From the NCBI GenBank assembly GCA_964654695.1, contig CAZZKJ010000002.1:1363-65362 (forward strand): DNA of 64,000 nt, written 5' to 3'. A program made the position numbers and the translations under genes. Under the pieces are notes generated by a model. The model saw only the letters and a program-made list of their open reading frames with translations, was not told the DNA's origin and searched no databases. This document shows positions 37,575 to 45,694 of the stretch, in pieces (positions within the stretch are counted from its first letter, which is position 1; each line of letters opens with the position of its first letter). This stretch comes from an uncultured bacterium (GTDB lineage Bacteria > Krumholzibacteriota > Krumholzibacteriia > WVZY01).

Positions 37575-37708
37575 CGCGTACCCGCCCAGGTTGCATGTGT
37601 AAATAAATTATCATATCTTTTTAATAGTTATCGGGCGGCCTGCCCGGGGATTATCAAACAACGGCCGAGAGCGAATCAAAAACGGCCGTTATGAGCAGTC
37701 ATAAAATA

Positions 37709-38137
37709 TCAATTTCGCGTCGGTTCTTTTTCTTTCCAAATTGCTTCCAGGAATTCCCTGACCTTGGCCTCAATTGCGTCGCGAACCCGCCTGAAATACT
37801 CGATGGGCTTGCCAATGGGATCTTCGATGTTCCAATCAATTCTGGAGCCGATATAACCCACCGGGCAAAGACTGTTGGCCGAGCAGCAGCCCATGGTAAT
37901 CACATAATCCATTTCGTCGATAGGAACCTCACTCAGGGGTTTCGACCACTGTGTGGAAATATCCACGCCCGCTTCCGACATCACCGCCGCAGCAATGTCG
38001 CTGACCATACCGGTTGCGTTCGTGCCGGCGCTGAAGGGTTCGACGAAATCCCCCCCGATTGCCCTGGCGAATCCCTCCGCCATCTGCGAGCGGCACATGT
38101 TGCCTATGCAAACGAATAATACTTTTTTTTTCTCCAT
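37709..38137 (-). CDS. arsC: Arsenate reductase, thioredoxin-coupled LMW-PTP family (ArsC)
   Basis: 'KKKVLFVCIGNMCRSQMAEG' is the P-loop CX5R. The downstream Cys pair in 'ITMGCCSANSLCP' matches the Cys82/Cys89 relay of Bacillus/Staphylococcus-type ArsC. Start at ATG 38137 ('MEKKKVLF'). Confidence 0.7.
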   Translation of the reverse strand: MEKKKVLFVCIGNMCRSQMAEGFARAIGGDFVEPFSAGTNATGMVSDIAAAVMSEAGVDISTQWSKPLSEVPIDEMDYVITMGCCSANSLCPVGYIGSRIDWNIEDPIGKPIEYFRRVRDAIEAKVREFLEAIWKEKEPTRN

Positions 38138-38348
38138 ATTGTGTTCCTGGTGACAGCGCCGGGGCCCATTCCCGCGCTGCCCATCTATTCCCATTATACC
38201 GATTATTTCCAAGTAAAATAAACGATTGCCTCGCATTCATCAAGGCCAAACTGAGGAAACAAAGGCAAATGAAACCGCTTTAAGATTCGTTCGCCCATGG
38301 GATACGGAATGATTGATGATTAATCAAAACCGATTGGAAAATCCTGCC

Positions 38349-39749
38349 TTACTGCGGATTATTGGCAAATCCGGACGGATTCACGATTCGGCGTTTTCTT
38401 AATGCCAAAGTAAAGATACCGCCCGACACCGCCAGCCCCGGAAAAATCGGTTCGATCGCGAGCGGATAACCGCCTCCGAGGCCGCTGAAAATATACGGGC
38501 TTAGAAGCCATAACAGTGAAACCCCGCCTCCGGCCGTGATCATGCTCATCGCCTCACCCGGTTTAATAACAGCATTTTTGGACATCGCCGCAATAATCGG
38601 AAAAACCAGTGCAGGAGTGCCCACTGACCCGAAATGGTGCCATATGTCCACAACGCTTCTGAGCTTCAGAGCGAAGAACACGGCAACCGCGCCACAGGCG
38701 ACAAGCGCGACGGCGCTCGATCGTTTCGAATCGTCATCCTTCCGGCCTTTGGCGCGCCAGATGATATCGCGCCCCAGCGTTATCGCGGACAAAAAAGAAT
38801 AGCTGTCGATTGTCGACATAACCGTCGCCAGGAGACCGAGTATAAAAACCGTCCCCAGCGGCGCGGGCAGGAGATTCAGTGCAAGGGCGGGAAAAGCCAG
38901 CACGGGGTCATCAAGCGCCGGCATTAAGGCCCGCGCGTAAAGGCCTACTGTGGTAGTCATGGCATCGAAAATCATCCAGAAAAATATCGATATGATGATG
39001 CCCTGCTTTGCCGTCCTGGCGCTGTTGGCCGCGAAGCACCGCTGGTAGAAGGCCGGTTCCACGAGTGTTGCCAGGGCTATCACATACCAGACAAGAACGT
39101 ATTGAGGCGAACGCCCGCCGCGCCATGTAAGGTGGCCGCCGGGAAGCATTCCCGGGAGTATCGAGATGCCCCCGTAATGAAACACCAGGTACGCCAGGGC
39201 GGCAAAAAAAGCAGCGTACATCAAAACAAACTGCAGCAAGTCGGTTCTGACCACCGAACGAAGACCGCCCCTGTACACGTAAACGATGGAAAAAAAAGTG
39301 CCTGCTATGACTCCCGCCGCCAGCGAGTAGCCAAAGATCGCTTTTATTAAAATGCCCAGCATAAGCACATAAGCGCCGGGCACCGTCATGAAAAAAATAA
39401 CCACCGCTCCTGCGATGGAAACATTCCTCCCGAATCTGCGGGCCAGCAGATCGGGAATTGTATAGTAGCTAGATTCCCGGGCCTTTTTTGCGAGGAACAC
39501 CGCGAAGGCAAACGCGGCCAGGTAATATGGAACGCCGAAAACCAGCCAGTTGGATATACCGTAGCGATACGTATACTCTCCGACTCCCAGAATTCCTCCG
39601 TACCACGTGGACACCAATGAAGCAACGAACGCCGGAAGCGTCATCGCTCGTCCCAGTACGAAGTAGTTGTCCTCGCCGTCCGATTTGCTCCGGAAGAACC
39701 CCAGACCCAGGATAAGCGCCGCGTAGACTAAAGAAACCGTAAGAATCAT
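38349..39749 (-). CDS. Sodium:solute symporter family (SSF) transporter
   Basis: 466 aa with ~13 TM helices. The N-terminal 'DYFVLGR...TLPAFVASLVSTWYGGILGVGE' region is typical of SSF/PutP/SglT-like transporters. Confidence 0.7.
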   Translation of the reverse strand: MILTVSLVYAALILGLGFFRSKSDGEDNYFVLGRAMTLPAFVASLVSTWYGGILGVGEYTYRYGISNWLVFGVPYYLAAFAFAVFLAKKARESSYYTIPDLLARRFGRNVSIAGAVVIFFMTVPGAYVLMLGILIKAIFGYSLAAGVIAGTFFSIVYVYRGGLRSVVRTDLLQFVLMYAAFFAALAYLVFHYGGISILPGMLPGGHLTWRGGRSPQYVLVWYVIALATLVEPAFYQRCFAANSARTAKQGIIISIFFWMIFDAMTTTVGLYARALMPALDDPVLAFPALALNLLPAPLGTVFILGLLATVMSTIDSYSFLSAITLGRDIIWRAKGRKDDDSKRSSAVALVACGAVAVFFALKLRSVVDIWHHFGSVGTPALVFPIIAAMSKNAVIKPGEAMSMITAGGGVSLLWLLSPYIFSGLGGGYPLAIEPIFPGLAVSGGIFTLALRKRRIVNPSGFANNPQ

Positions 39750-39758
39750 GTCAGGTTA

Positions 39759-40199
39759 TCAGACGTCGGAATGTTCGCGTTTGCTCAAGTAATAAATATC
39801 TTTGTGGAGTACATAACCGCAGGCCTTGAACAATTCGAGGCTCGGCTGGTTGTAGTCTTCAATGAGTGCGGCGTATATTTCGATCTTCTGTTCGAGTAAA
39901 TATTTTTCCGCTCGTTCGATCAGCGCCCTTCCCAACCCTTTTCTTCTTAGTGACGCATCGACCGCAAGCCTGTTTATCCATCCTTTTCTACCGTCATGGG
40001 TAACGAGTACGGCACCTGCAAGCTCGCCGCTCGAAAAAGCTCCAAAAAAACAATCACTTCCGCTATCGACGGCTCTTGTGATCCTGCCGGACAGATCGCG
40101 CCCCCTTGGCTTGAACGGCAGCCCCGCACGCTCCCATAACGCAATAATCGCGGAAACGTGCGAGGAATCGAGTTTTTTTATTTCCAGTTTATTCGGCAT
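39759..40199 (-). CDS. GNAT family N-acetyltransferase
   Basis: 'GWINRLAVDASLRRKGLGRALIERAEKYL' is the acetyl-CoA binding motif A (Q/RxxGxG/A). 146 aa. Confidence 0.75.
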   Translation of the reverse strand: MPNKLEIKKLDSSHVSAIIALWERAGLPFKPRGRDLSGRITRAVDSGSDCFFGAFSSGELAGAVLVTHDGRKGWINRLAVDASLRRKGLGRALIERAEKYLLEQKIEIYAALIEDYNQPSLELFKACGYVLHKDIYYLSKREHSDV

Positions 40200-40207
40200 C
40201 TTTCCGG

Positions 40208-41038
40208 CTAATCCAGGTTCTTGGGTTTGCGTTCGTTCAATGCCCAGTTATAATCCATGAATTTTATCTTCCATTTCCCGGAAACGAGAGCCGAGCGTAC
40301 ATCTTCAACGACATTTGCGCTTATAAAATCCATAAGCGCGCGGTCTTTCGAGCCGTATTCCTTGAACCTGCCGTTTTGCCCGTAAACACGCGCGAAGTCA
40401 TCGCCGAACCATTTGAATATCGACGATAAGTATAGTACTCCCTGTCCCGCATCGATACGGAAATTTCCCGGATCGGCAAGAAAGCGCCGGCTTTGATCCG
40501 CAAGCTGCTCTTCCAGCTTTTCCCCGCTGTAGGGTTCGCTCCTCAGGGGCGGACACGACACAGCGGCACAAACCAGGGCCATGTGAATTCGGGGCTCATT
40601 GAACTCTTTTCTCAATATGTCGTTCTCAAGGCCGTCCAGGGTCAGCTTCCTTCCTGCAGCCATAAATGTAATGCGGTCCCATGCTCCTTTTATCTCCTGG
40701 ATGCTCTTCTTCGGGTAGTTGTCTATAATCACCTTCATCGTTTGTGCGTTATAGACATTGATCCAATAGGCCAGCCGTTCGTTCCGGTCAAGACGGTTAT
40801 ATGCCGCGGACAGCAGGTGGCTGGTTTTTCCGAGAAAGCTGTAGAGCATAGCGCTGTCCGTTTTTAAGCTCTTGTAATCAACCATGCCCGTGCTGTCGGT
40901 ATGGGACTTTAGAACGGCCGCAAAATCGTCCTTGGGAAAAATCAGGCTATTTTTTTTGGCAGGAGCTTCCGATTCCAGAGCCGCCGCCACTGAAACCAGG
41001 AAAAATAATAATAAAAATGCCGGTCCTGCTTTTTTCAT
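40208..41038 (-). CDS. DUF547 domain protein with signal peptide
   Basis: Signal 'MKKAGPAFLLLFFLVSVAAA'. 'ERLAYWINVYNAQTMKVIIDNYP...SIQEI' matches the DUF547 core. The start overlaps the upstream GT2 stop by 4 bp. Confidence 0.6.
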   Translation of the reverse strand: MKKAGPAFLLLFFLVSVAAALESEAPAKKNSLIFPKDDFAAVLKSHTDSTGMVDYKSLKTDSAMLYSFLGKTSHLLSAAYNRLDRNERLAYWINVYNAQTMKVIIDNYPKKSIQEIKGAWDRITFMAAGRKLTLDGLENDILRKEFNEPRIHMALVCAAVSCPPLRSEPYSGEKLEEQLADQSRRFLADPGNFRIDAGQGVLYLSSIFKWFGDDFARVYGQNGRFKEYGSKDRALMDFISANVVEDVRSALVSGKWKIKFMDYNWALNERKPKNLD

Positions 41039-41742
41039 TGCTTGTTCTCCTTTCTTACAACGTGCCGGGGATAATGCCTGAAAATAGTACCGATTATCTT
41101 AACCCCCGCGAGCACCGTACCTTTTACGGTGCCAGAAATTTTCGAACGTCCGATCCTTTTTCTGTACCTGACCGGGACTTCCATAATGCTCATGCCGTTC
41201 ATTACGGCTTTAACCTGCATCTCTACGTTCCATCCGAAGCTCCGGTCGGTCATATTCAGCTCCGCAAGACTGTTTCTTCTGATCGCCCTGAAGGGACCCA
41301 TGTCGGTAAACCTCGCCCCGTAGAGAATTCTCATGAGCGAGCACGCGAGACGGTTGCCGAAACGCTGGTTCCACGGAAGGGCTCCCTTTTCGCTTTCGCC
41401 TAATACACGCGAACCGATCACCATGTCCGCTTCGCCCCGGACGAGGGGACCCAGAATAATCACCAGGTCTTCGGGGAAGTCGGAATGGTCGGCGTCCAGG
41501 ATCACGACCACATCTGCGTCTGCCGGCAGCGCCGCGATTCCTCGCAGGCATGCCGCTCCATACCCCCTGCGATCTTCCTTAACAACACGCGCACCCCACC
41601 GGGCGGCCGATTCGGCGGTATTATCGGTTGAGCCGTTATCGACGACGATTATATCACCAACCAGATCCTTTGGTACCTCTTGAAGAACGAGCCCGATCGA
41701 TTCTTCCTCGTTTAGAGCCGGTATGATAACCGCAGCTTTCAT
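41035..41742 (-). CDS. Glycosyltransferase family 2 (dolichol/polyprenol-phosphate sugar transferase-like, ArnC/DPM1-type)
   Basis: 'MKAAVIIPALNEEESIGLVLQEV...IIVVDNGSTDNTAESA' and the 'ILDADHSD' DxD region. 235 aa. Confidence 0.75.
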   Translation of the reverse strand: MKAAVIIPALNEEESIGLVLQEVPKDLVGDIIVVDNGSTDNTAESAARWGARVVKEDRRGYGAACLRGIAALPADADVVVILDADHSDFPEDLVIILGPLVRGEADMVIGSRVLGESEKGALPWNQRFGNRLACSLMRILYGARFTDMGPFRAIRRNSLAELNMTDRSFGWNVEMQVKAVMNGMSIMEVPVRYRKRIGRSKISGTVKGTVLAGVKIIGTIFRHYPRHVVRKENKQ

Positions 41743-41746
41743 TTTT

Positions 41747-43117
41747 TCAGCTCTTCTTAGTTCCGGCCGCCAATCGCCCTTTGCCGGCCGTAAGACCGAA
41801 CAACATTAAAAAATAAAAGGGTATATATTCGATCAACAGCACTTTCTCATCCAATACCCAGAAATGCGTATTATAATAAAAGGAGACCACGGAGTATGAC
41901 GCCGTGACCAGACCTGTAAAAATGATCCAAGCTCGGTTTGGATAGAAGCACAGAAACGGAACAATCCAGCACACGTACCACGGATAAACCGTGGGGCTGA
42001 GTAACAGGGCGCAGCCTATCACCAAATAGCTGTACCTCAGAAAATCCCGGCTCTTGTATCCCTGGAAGAGTGAAAATGCCGCGAGCAGAAGAAACAACAC
42101 TCTTCGAATCAGCATCGTATCGAGTCCGGTTATTCTCAAGAGAGTAAACGAGGCTGAGTTGAATTCCCACTGCAAAGCATAGATTTTGAGACTGCTGATC
42201 AGCTTCCCCGCCGCACCTGCAAAGGGCAAGTACCCGGCAAGAACCACCAGGACAGACAGTGCCAGCCATTTTGAATACCTCTTTTTGAAAAGAAAATACG
42301 GAGCCAGCACGCCGGAAGAATACTTCGAGAGAAACGACAGTGACAGGGCGGCGATACCGCGTCCGCATCTCCCTTTTTCCATTAATAGTATGCCCAAGAA
42401 AAGGAATAACATGCCCAGGGAGTCGAGGTGGCCCGAATGAGCAAATTCAATTACAACCAGCGGATTCCACGCGTACATGACGCAGCGCGCGGGATCGATT
42501 TTTCGCGCGGCAAGCAGGAGCACCAGGAGAACCAAAAGCATAAGATCAAGCAGCACGAAGATTATCTTCTGCACGGTAATAGATGGCTTCAGTGCCGCGC
42601 CCACGGCAAACACGCCCTGCGCCAGCGGGGGATAGATCGCTTCGAGGTCTTTATGATTTATGTTTTCATAATTATTATCGCGGAGATTCGCGAGCGCGGG
42701 ATCTTCTGGCGCGTGGGAAAAAGGGTTTTCACCTGACAGGCTCACACGCCCCTCCCAGAGATAGCGGTATATATCGTTCGACAGCACGGGCCTGCAGGGC
42801 AGAAGAACCGCACGGAAGATGACGGCGAAAATAATTATAATGAAAAGTCGCCGTCTGTAATCATTCCCGGGATTCTTGAAGATCTCAGCGACGGCCAGAA
42901 TGTAACCTGCGAATGCAGCCGCAAAGGCGGCGAAAAAACGGATGATATGAGCCCCCAGATCACCGAGAGCTGCGATATAAATGAATACCCCTGTGATAAC
43001 GAATCCCAGGAGCATTACGATCAAGGTGTTGTTTTTATTCATTTGATCGAACCGGATTGTCGGCTTGCCTCCGGGCACGAACGCTTCGTAGATCCGGACA
43101 GGCCAAAGACCCCGCAC
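41747..43117 (-). CDS. Polytopic membrane protein, probable GT-C-fold glycosyltransferase (DUF2029/GT87-like)
   Basis: At least 11 TM helices. The first-loop acidic motif region 'DIYRYLWEGRVSLSGENPFSHAPEDP' resembles GT-C mannosyltransferases. No soluble domain. Confidence 0.4.
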   Translation of the reverse strand: MRGLWPVRIYEAFVPGGKPTIRFDQMNKNNTLIVMLLGFVITGVFIYIAALGDLGAHIIRFFAAFAAAFAGYILAVAEIFKNPGNDYRRRLFIIIIFAVIFRAVLLPCRPVLSNDIYRYLWEGRVSLSGENPFSHAPEDPALANLRDNNYENINHKDLEAIYPPLAQGVFAVGAALKPSITVQKIIFVLLDLMLLVLLVLLLAARKIDPARCVMYAWNPLVVIEFAHSGHLDSLGMLFLFLGILLMEKGRCGRGIAALSLSFLSKYSSGVLAPYFLFKKRYSKWLALSVLVVLAGYLPFAGAAGKLISSLKIYALQWEFNSASFTLLRITGLDTMLIRRVLFLLLAAFSLFQGYKSRDFLRYSYLVIGCALLLSPTVYPWYVCWIVPFLCFYPNRAWIIFTGLVTASYSVVSFYYNTHFWVLDEKVLLIEYIPFYFLMLFGLTAGKGRLAAGTKKS

Positions 43118-43127
43118 GGGGTTCAGA

Positions 43128-44588
43128 TCATTTAGAATGCAGGAGACTGAGACAGAATATGTAGCAGTATCCCATCACAAAAAGCAGTATATAAGGAAGC
43201 GCGCCCCAGTTGCCAAGCAGCGCCAAAACGGTCACCGAGATGAGCATATAGAGGGCGAATGCAAATTCGGTCAGAAGGAACTTCTTGTTCGCGGTGCGGT
43301 AGATCTTGCCCTTCCAGCTGTCCTTGAGGGTCTCTATCCTGTACTTGGCGGTGCGTATAAATGGAGTCCTGCGCGAAAAAACCGCTTCGAGTACTGCACC
43401 CGCGTTGTTGAGACACATACCTATACCAAGCGCCATAATGAAAGGGATGTCTTTCAATCGCCATTTCCAATCCGGATAAAGTTCTCTTTGCGATACCAGG
43501 TAGAAAAAACTGATTGATGCGGTTGTAAAAAGGAATATTCCCATTTCAAGCGCGGGGTATTTGTGAATGGTTGCGTTGTATCTAAATATAATTGACAACG
43601 GGAGCAAAACCGACAGGAGCACCAGCAGCACGTAACAGTAGTTGGCCGTCAGGTGAAATGTGGCTTCGAGCTTGACCTTCAGCGGCGCGGAGCATTTCCA
43701 CAGCCTGGGCAGGAGCTTCTTGCCCACCTGGATCGATCCCTTCGTCCATCGGTGCTGCTGGGTTTTGAACCCGTAAATATCAACCGGGAGTTCGCTGGGA
43801 ACAACCAGTTCGGGAACGAAAGCGAACTTCCATCCCCGCATCTGCGCCCGGTACGAGAGATCGAGATCCTCGGTAAGCGTATCCCCATCCCAACCGCCTG
43901 AATCCAGGATCGCCCGCCGCCTGAATACCCCACCGGTTCCGTTGAAGTTGAAAAACCTCCCGGAATAAAACCTGGCCGTATGCTCCAAAATGAAATGCCC
44001 GTCCAGCAGAAGCGACTGCAGACGTGTAAGCAGGCTGTAGGTGCGGTTCAAGTAACCCCACCGCGCCTGCGCCATGCCGATTTTTTTATCACGGAAATAG
44101 GGCACGATCCGCTTAAGAAAATTCTCTGGGGGAACGAAATCTGCATCAAAAATCGCGATCAACTCGTCGTCGGTGTGTTCGAGCCCCTCCTTCAGCGCGC
44201 CCGCTTTGAATCCTTTGCGGTCCGAGCGGTGAATATACTGAACGCGGACCCCCCTGGCTTCCAATTCGGCCGCAGCCTTGCGGGCGATAGCCTTGGAATC
44301 ATCCGTGGAATCATCGAGGACTTGTATGCGGAGCAGTTCCCGGGGATAATCGAGATTCGCAGCAGCTTCAATGATCCGCCTGGCGACATAATATTCATTG
44401 AAAAGCGGCAGCTGCACAGTTACCGTGGGGTAGTCCTTTTCATCCAGGGAGCCGACTTCGAGCCTCTTGCCGAACTTATAATGCCTGAAATAGAGATAGA
44501 GAATGAAATACCTGTGCAGCCCGTATATCGACAGCAGAAGCAGAATGGCAAAATACAGATAAACCGTGATATCAGCTAATAGAGACAT
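43128..44588 (-). CDS. Processive glycosyltransferase family 2 (cellulose-synthase/CesA-like; QxxRW motif)
   Basis: 'IQVLDDSTDDS', 'AIFDADFVPPENF' (DxD), 'TEDLDLSYRAQ' and 'QQHRWTKG' (the QxxRW processivity motif). N- and C-terminal TM helices. 486 aa. Confidence 0.75.
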   Translation of the reverse strand: MSLLADITVYLYFAILLLLSIYGLHRYFILYLYFRHYKFGKRLEVGSLDEKDYPTVTVQLPLFNEYYVARRIIEAAANLDYPRELLRIQVLDDSTDDSKAIARKAAAELEARGVRVQYIHRSDRKGFKAGALKEGLEHTDDELIAIFDADFVPPENFLKRIVPYFRDKKIGMAQARWGYLNRTYSLLTRLQSLLLDGHFILEHTARFYSGRFFNFNGTGGVFRRRAILDSGGWDGDTLTEDLDLSYRAQMRGWKFAFVPELVVPSELPVDIYGFKTQQHRWTKGSIQVGKKLLPRLWKCSAPLKVKLEATFHLTANYCYVLLVLLSVLLPLSIIFRYNATIHKYPALEMGIFLFTTASISFFYLVSQRELYPDWKWRLKDIPFIMALGIGMCLNNAGAVLEAVFSRRTPFIRTAKYRIETLKDSWKGKIYRTANKKFLLTEFAFALYMLISVTVLALLGNWGALPYILLFVMGYCYIFCLSLLHSK

Positions 44589-44710
44589 TTCAACAAAATT
44601 GTCCGGATTTTGAGTTCGTGCTCGCTACAAAAGCCCCGGGTGCCTGCTTTAAGCTCAATTCACCCTTGCCCCGTTTCGCAGCAGGTCGGGCGGCTCGACC
44701 CCGGTATCAC

Positions 44711-45694
44711 TCAGTCCACAATCGCGCCCGCGCATGACGATCCGCTGCCCGCCGTGCATCCATAGCAGTGGCTCCCCGTCATGATCCTTCTCTCCCTGAG
44801 CGCTCCTATATCGAAATCCTTTATATGCATGGGCGCCCCGTGGTTTACGCACAATCCCAGCGCCAGGTTGAAATCGCAGTCGTAGAGTTTGCCGTCCCAA
44901 TCTACGCTCAGCTGATGGCGGCACATCAGTCCATCCACTGTCATGCTATTAAAAGCGCCGATGAGCGTGCGCATGTACTCCTTATCCTTTTTCTGGCGCT
45001 TCAAATCCGTCAGGAAGCGGCCGATGGGCATATTCGTAATCGTAAGGAGATGCGTGAATATTATATTGTAATTGTCTCCCAATTCCCGCCTGTAATCTTC
45101 TTCCAGCGCTCCCTGGCCGGGAGGCAAAACCGGCCCGGCGGGATTGTAAACCAGATTTAGCGGCAGGCCGGGCTCGATACCATAGCCGATTCCATTGAGA
45201 AGTTTGATCGCATCGATGCTTTTCTCGTAAACCCCTGCGCCGCGCTGGGCCCTTACGTTTTCTTCAAGATAACACGGAAGCGAAGCCACCAGCGACACAT
45301 CGTGATCCCGGCAAAACTCTGCCATATCTTCCATGCCCGGCTCGAGCAGCACAGTCAGGTTCGTTCTTACCTGCACGGCAATATTTTCGATCCTGAGAGC
45401 TTTTATGAAACGCCGGAAATTGGGATTCAGTTCCGGCGATCCTCCGGTTATATCAACGAGTTCACAGCCGGTATCAAGAGCCGCTCGTGTTATCATTTTC
45501 ATAGTCTCCCAATTCATCACTTCTTTGCGTTTGGGAGATGCGGATACATGGCAGTGGATGCACTCCTGGTTGCACTTCAGCCCTACATTCGCTTGAATGA
45601 TCTTGATCTCTGCATTGTAAAGCCCCTCCCCACCTTTTACAGCCACTTTTTTATCGAAGTTGTCGACCAGAGTGCGTTCCATAGCGGACCTCAC
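44711..45694 (-). CDS. Radical SAM protein with C-terminal Cys-rich tail (ArsS-like, rSAM/Cys-rich TIGR04167-type family)
   Basis: 'GLKCNQECIHCH' is the CX3CX2C radical-SAM motif. The C-terminal 'SHCYGCTAGSGSSCAGAIVD' Cys-rich tail resembles the ArsS family; the family assignment is from memory and needs an HMM check. Confidence 0.55.
   Translation of the reverse strand: MRSAMERTLVDNFDKKVAVKGGEGLYNAEIKIIQANVGLKCNQECIHCHVSASPKRKEVMNWETMKMITRAALDTGCELVDITGGSPELNPNFRRFIKALRIENIAVQVRTNLTVLLEPGMEDMAEFCRDHDVSLVASLPCYLEENVRAQRGAGVYEKSIDAIKLLNGIGYGIEPGLPLNLVYNPAGPVLPPGQGALEEDYRRELGDNYNIIFTHLLTITNMPIGRFLTDLKRQKKDKEYMRTLIGAFNSMTVDGLMCRHQLSVDWDGKLYDCDFNLALGLCVNHGAPMHIKDFDIGALRERRIMTGSHCYGCTAGSGSSCAGAIVD

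Noticed and set aside
43980-44579. 199-aa plus-strand ORF
   Set aside because: Antisense to the CesA-like GT2 gene (the QxxRW and DxD motifs are on the minus strand).
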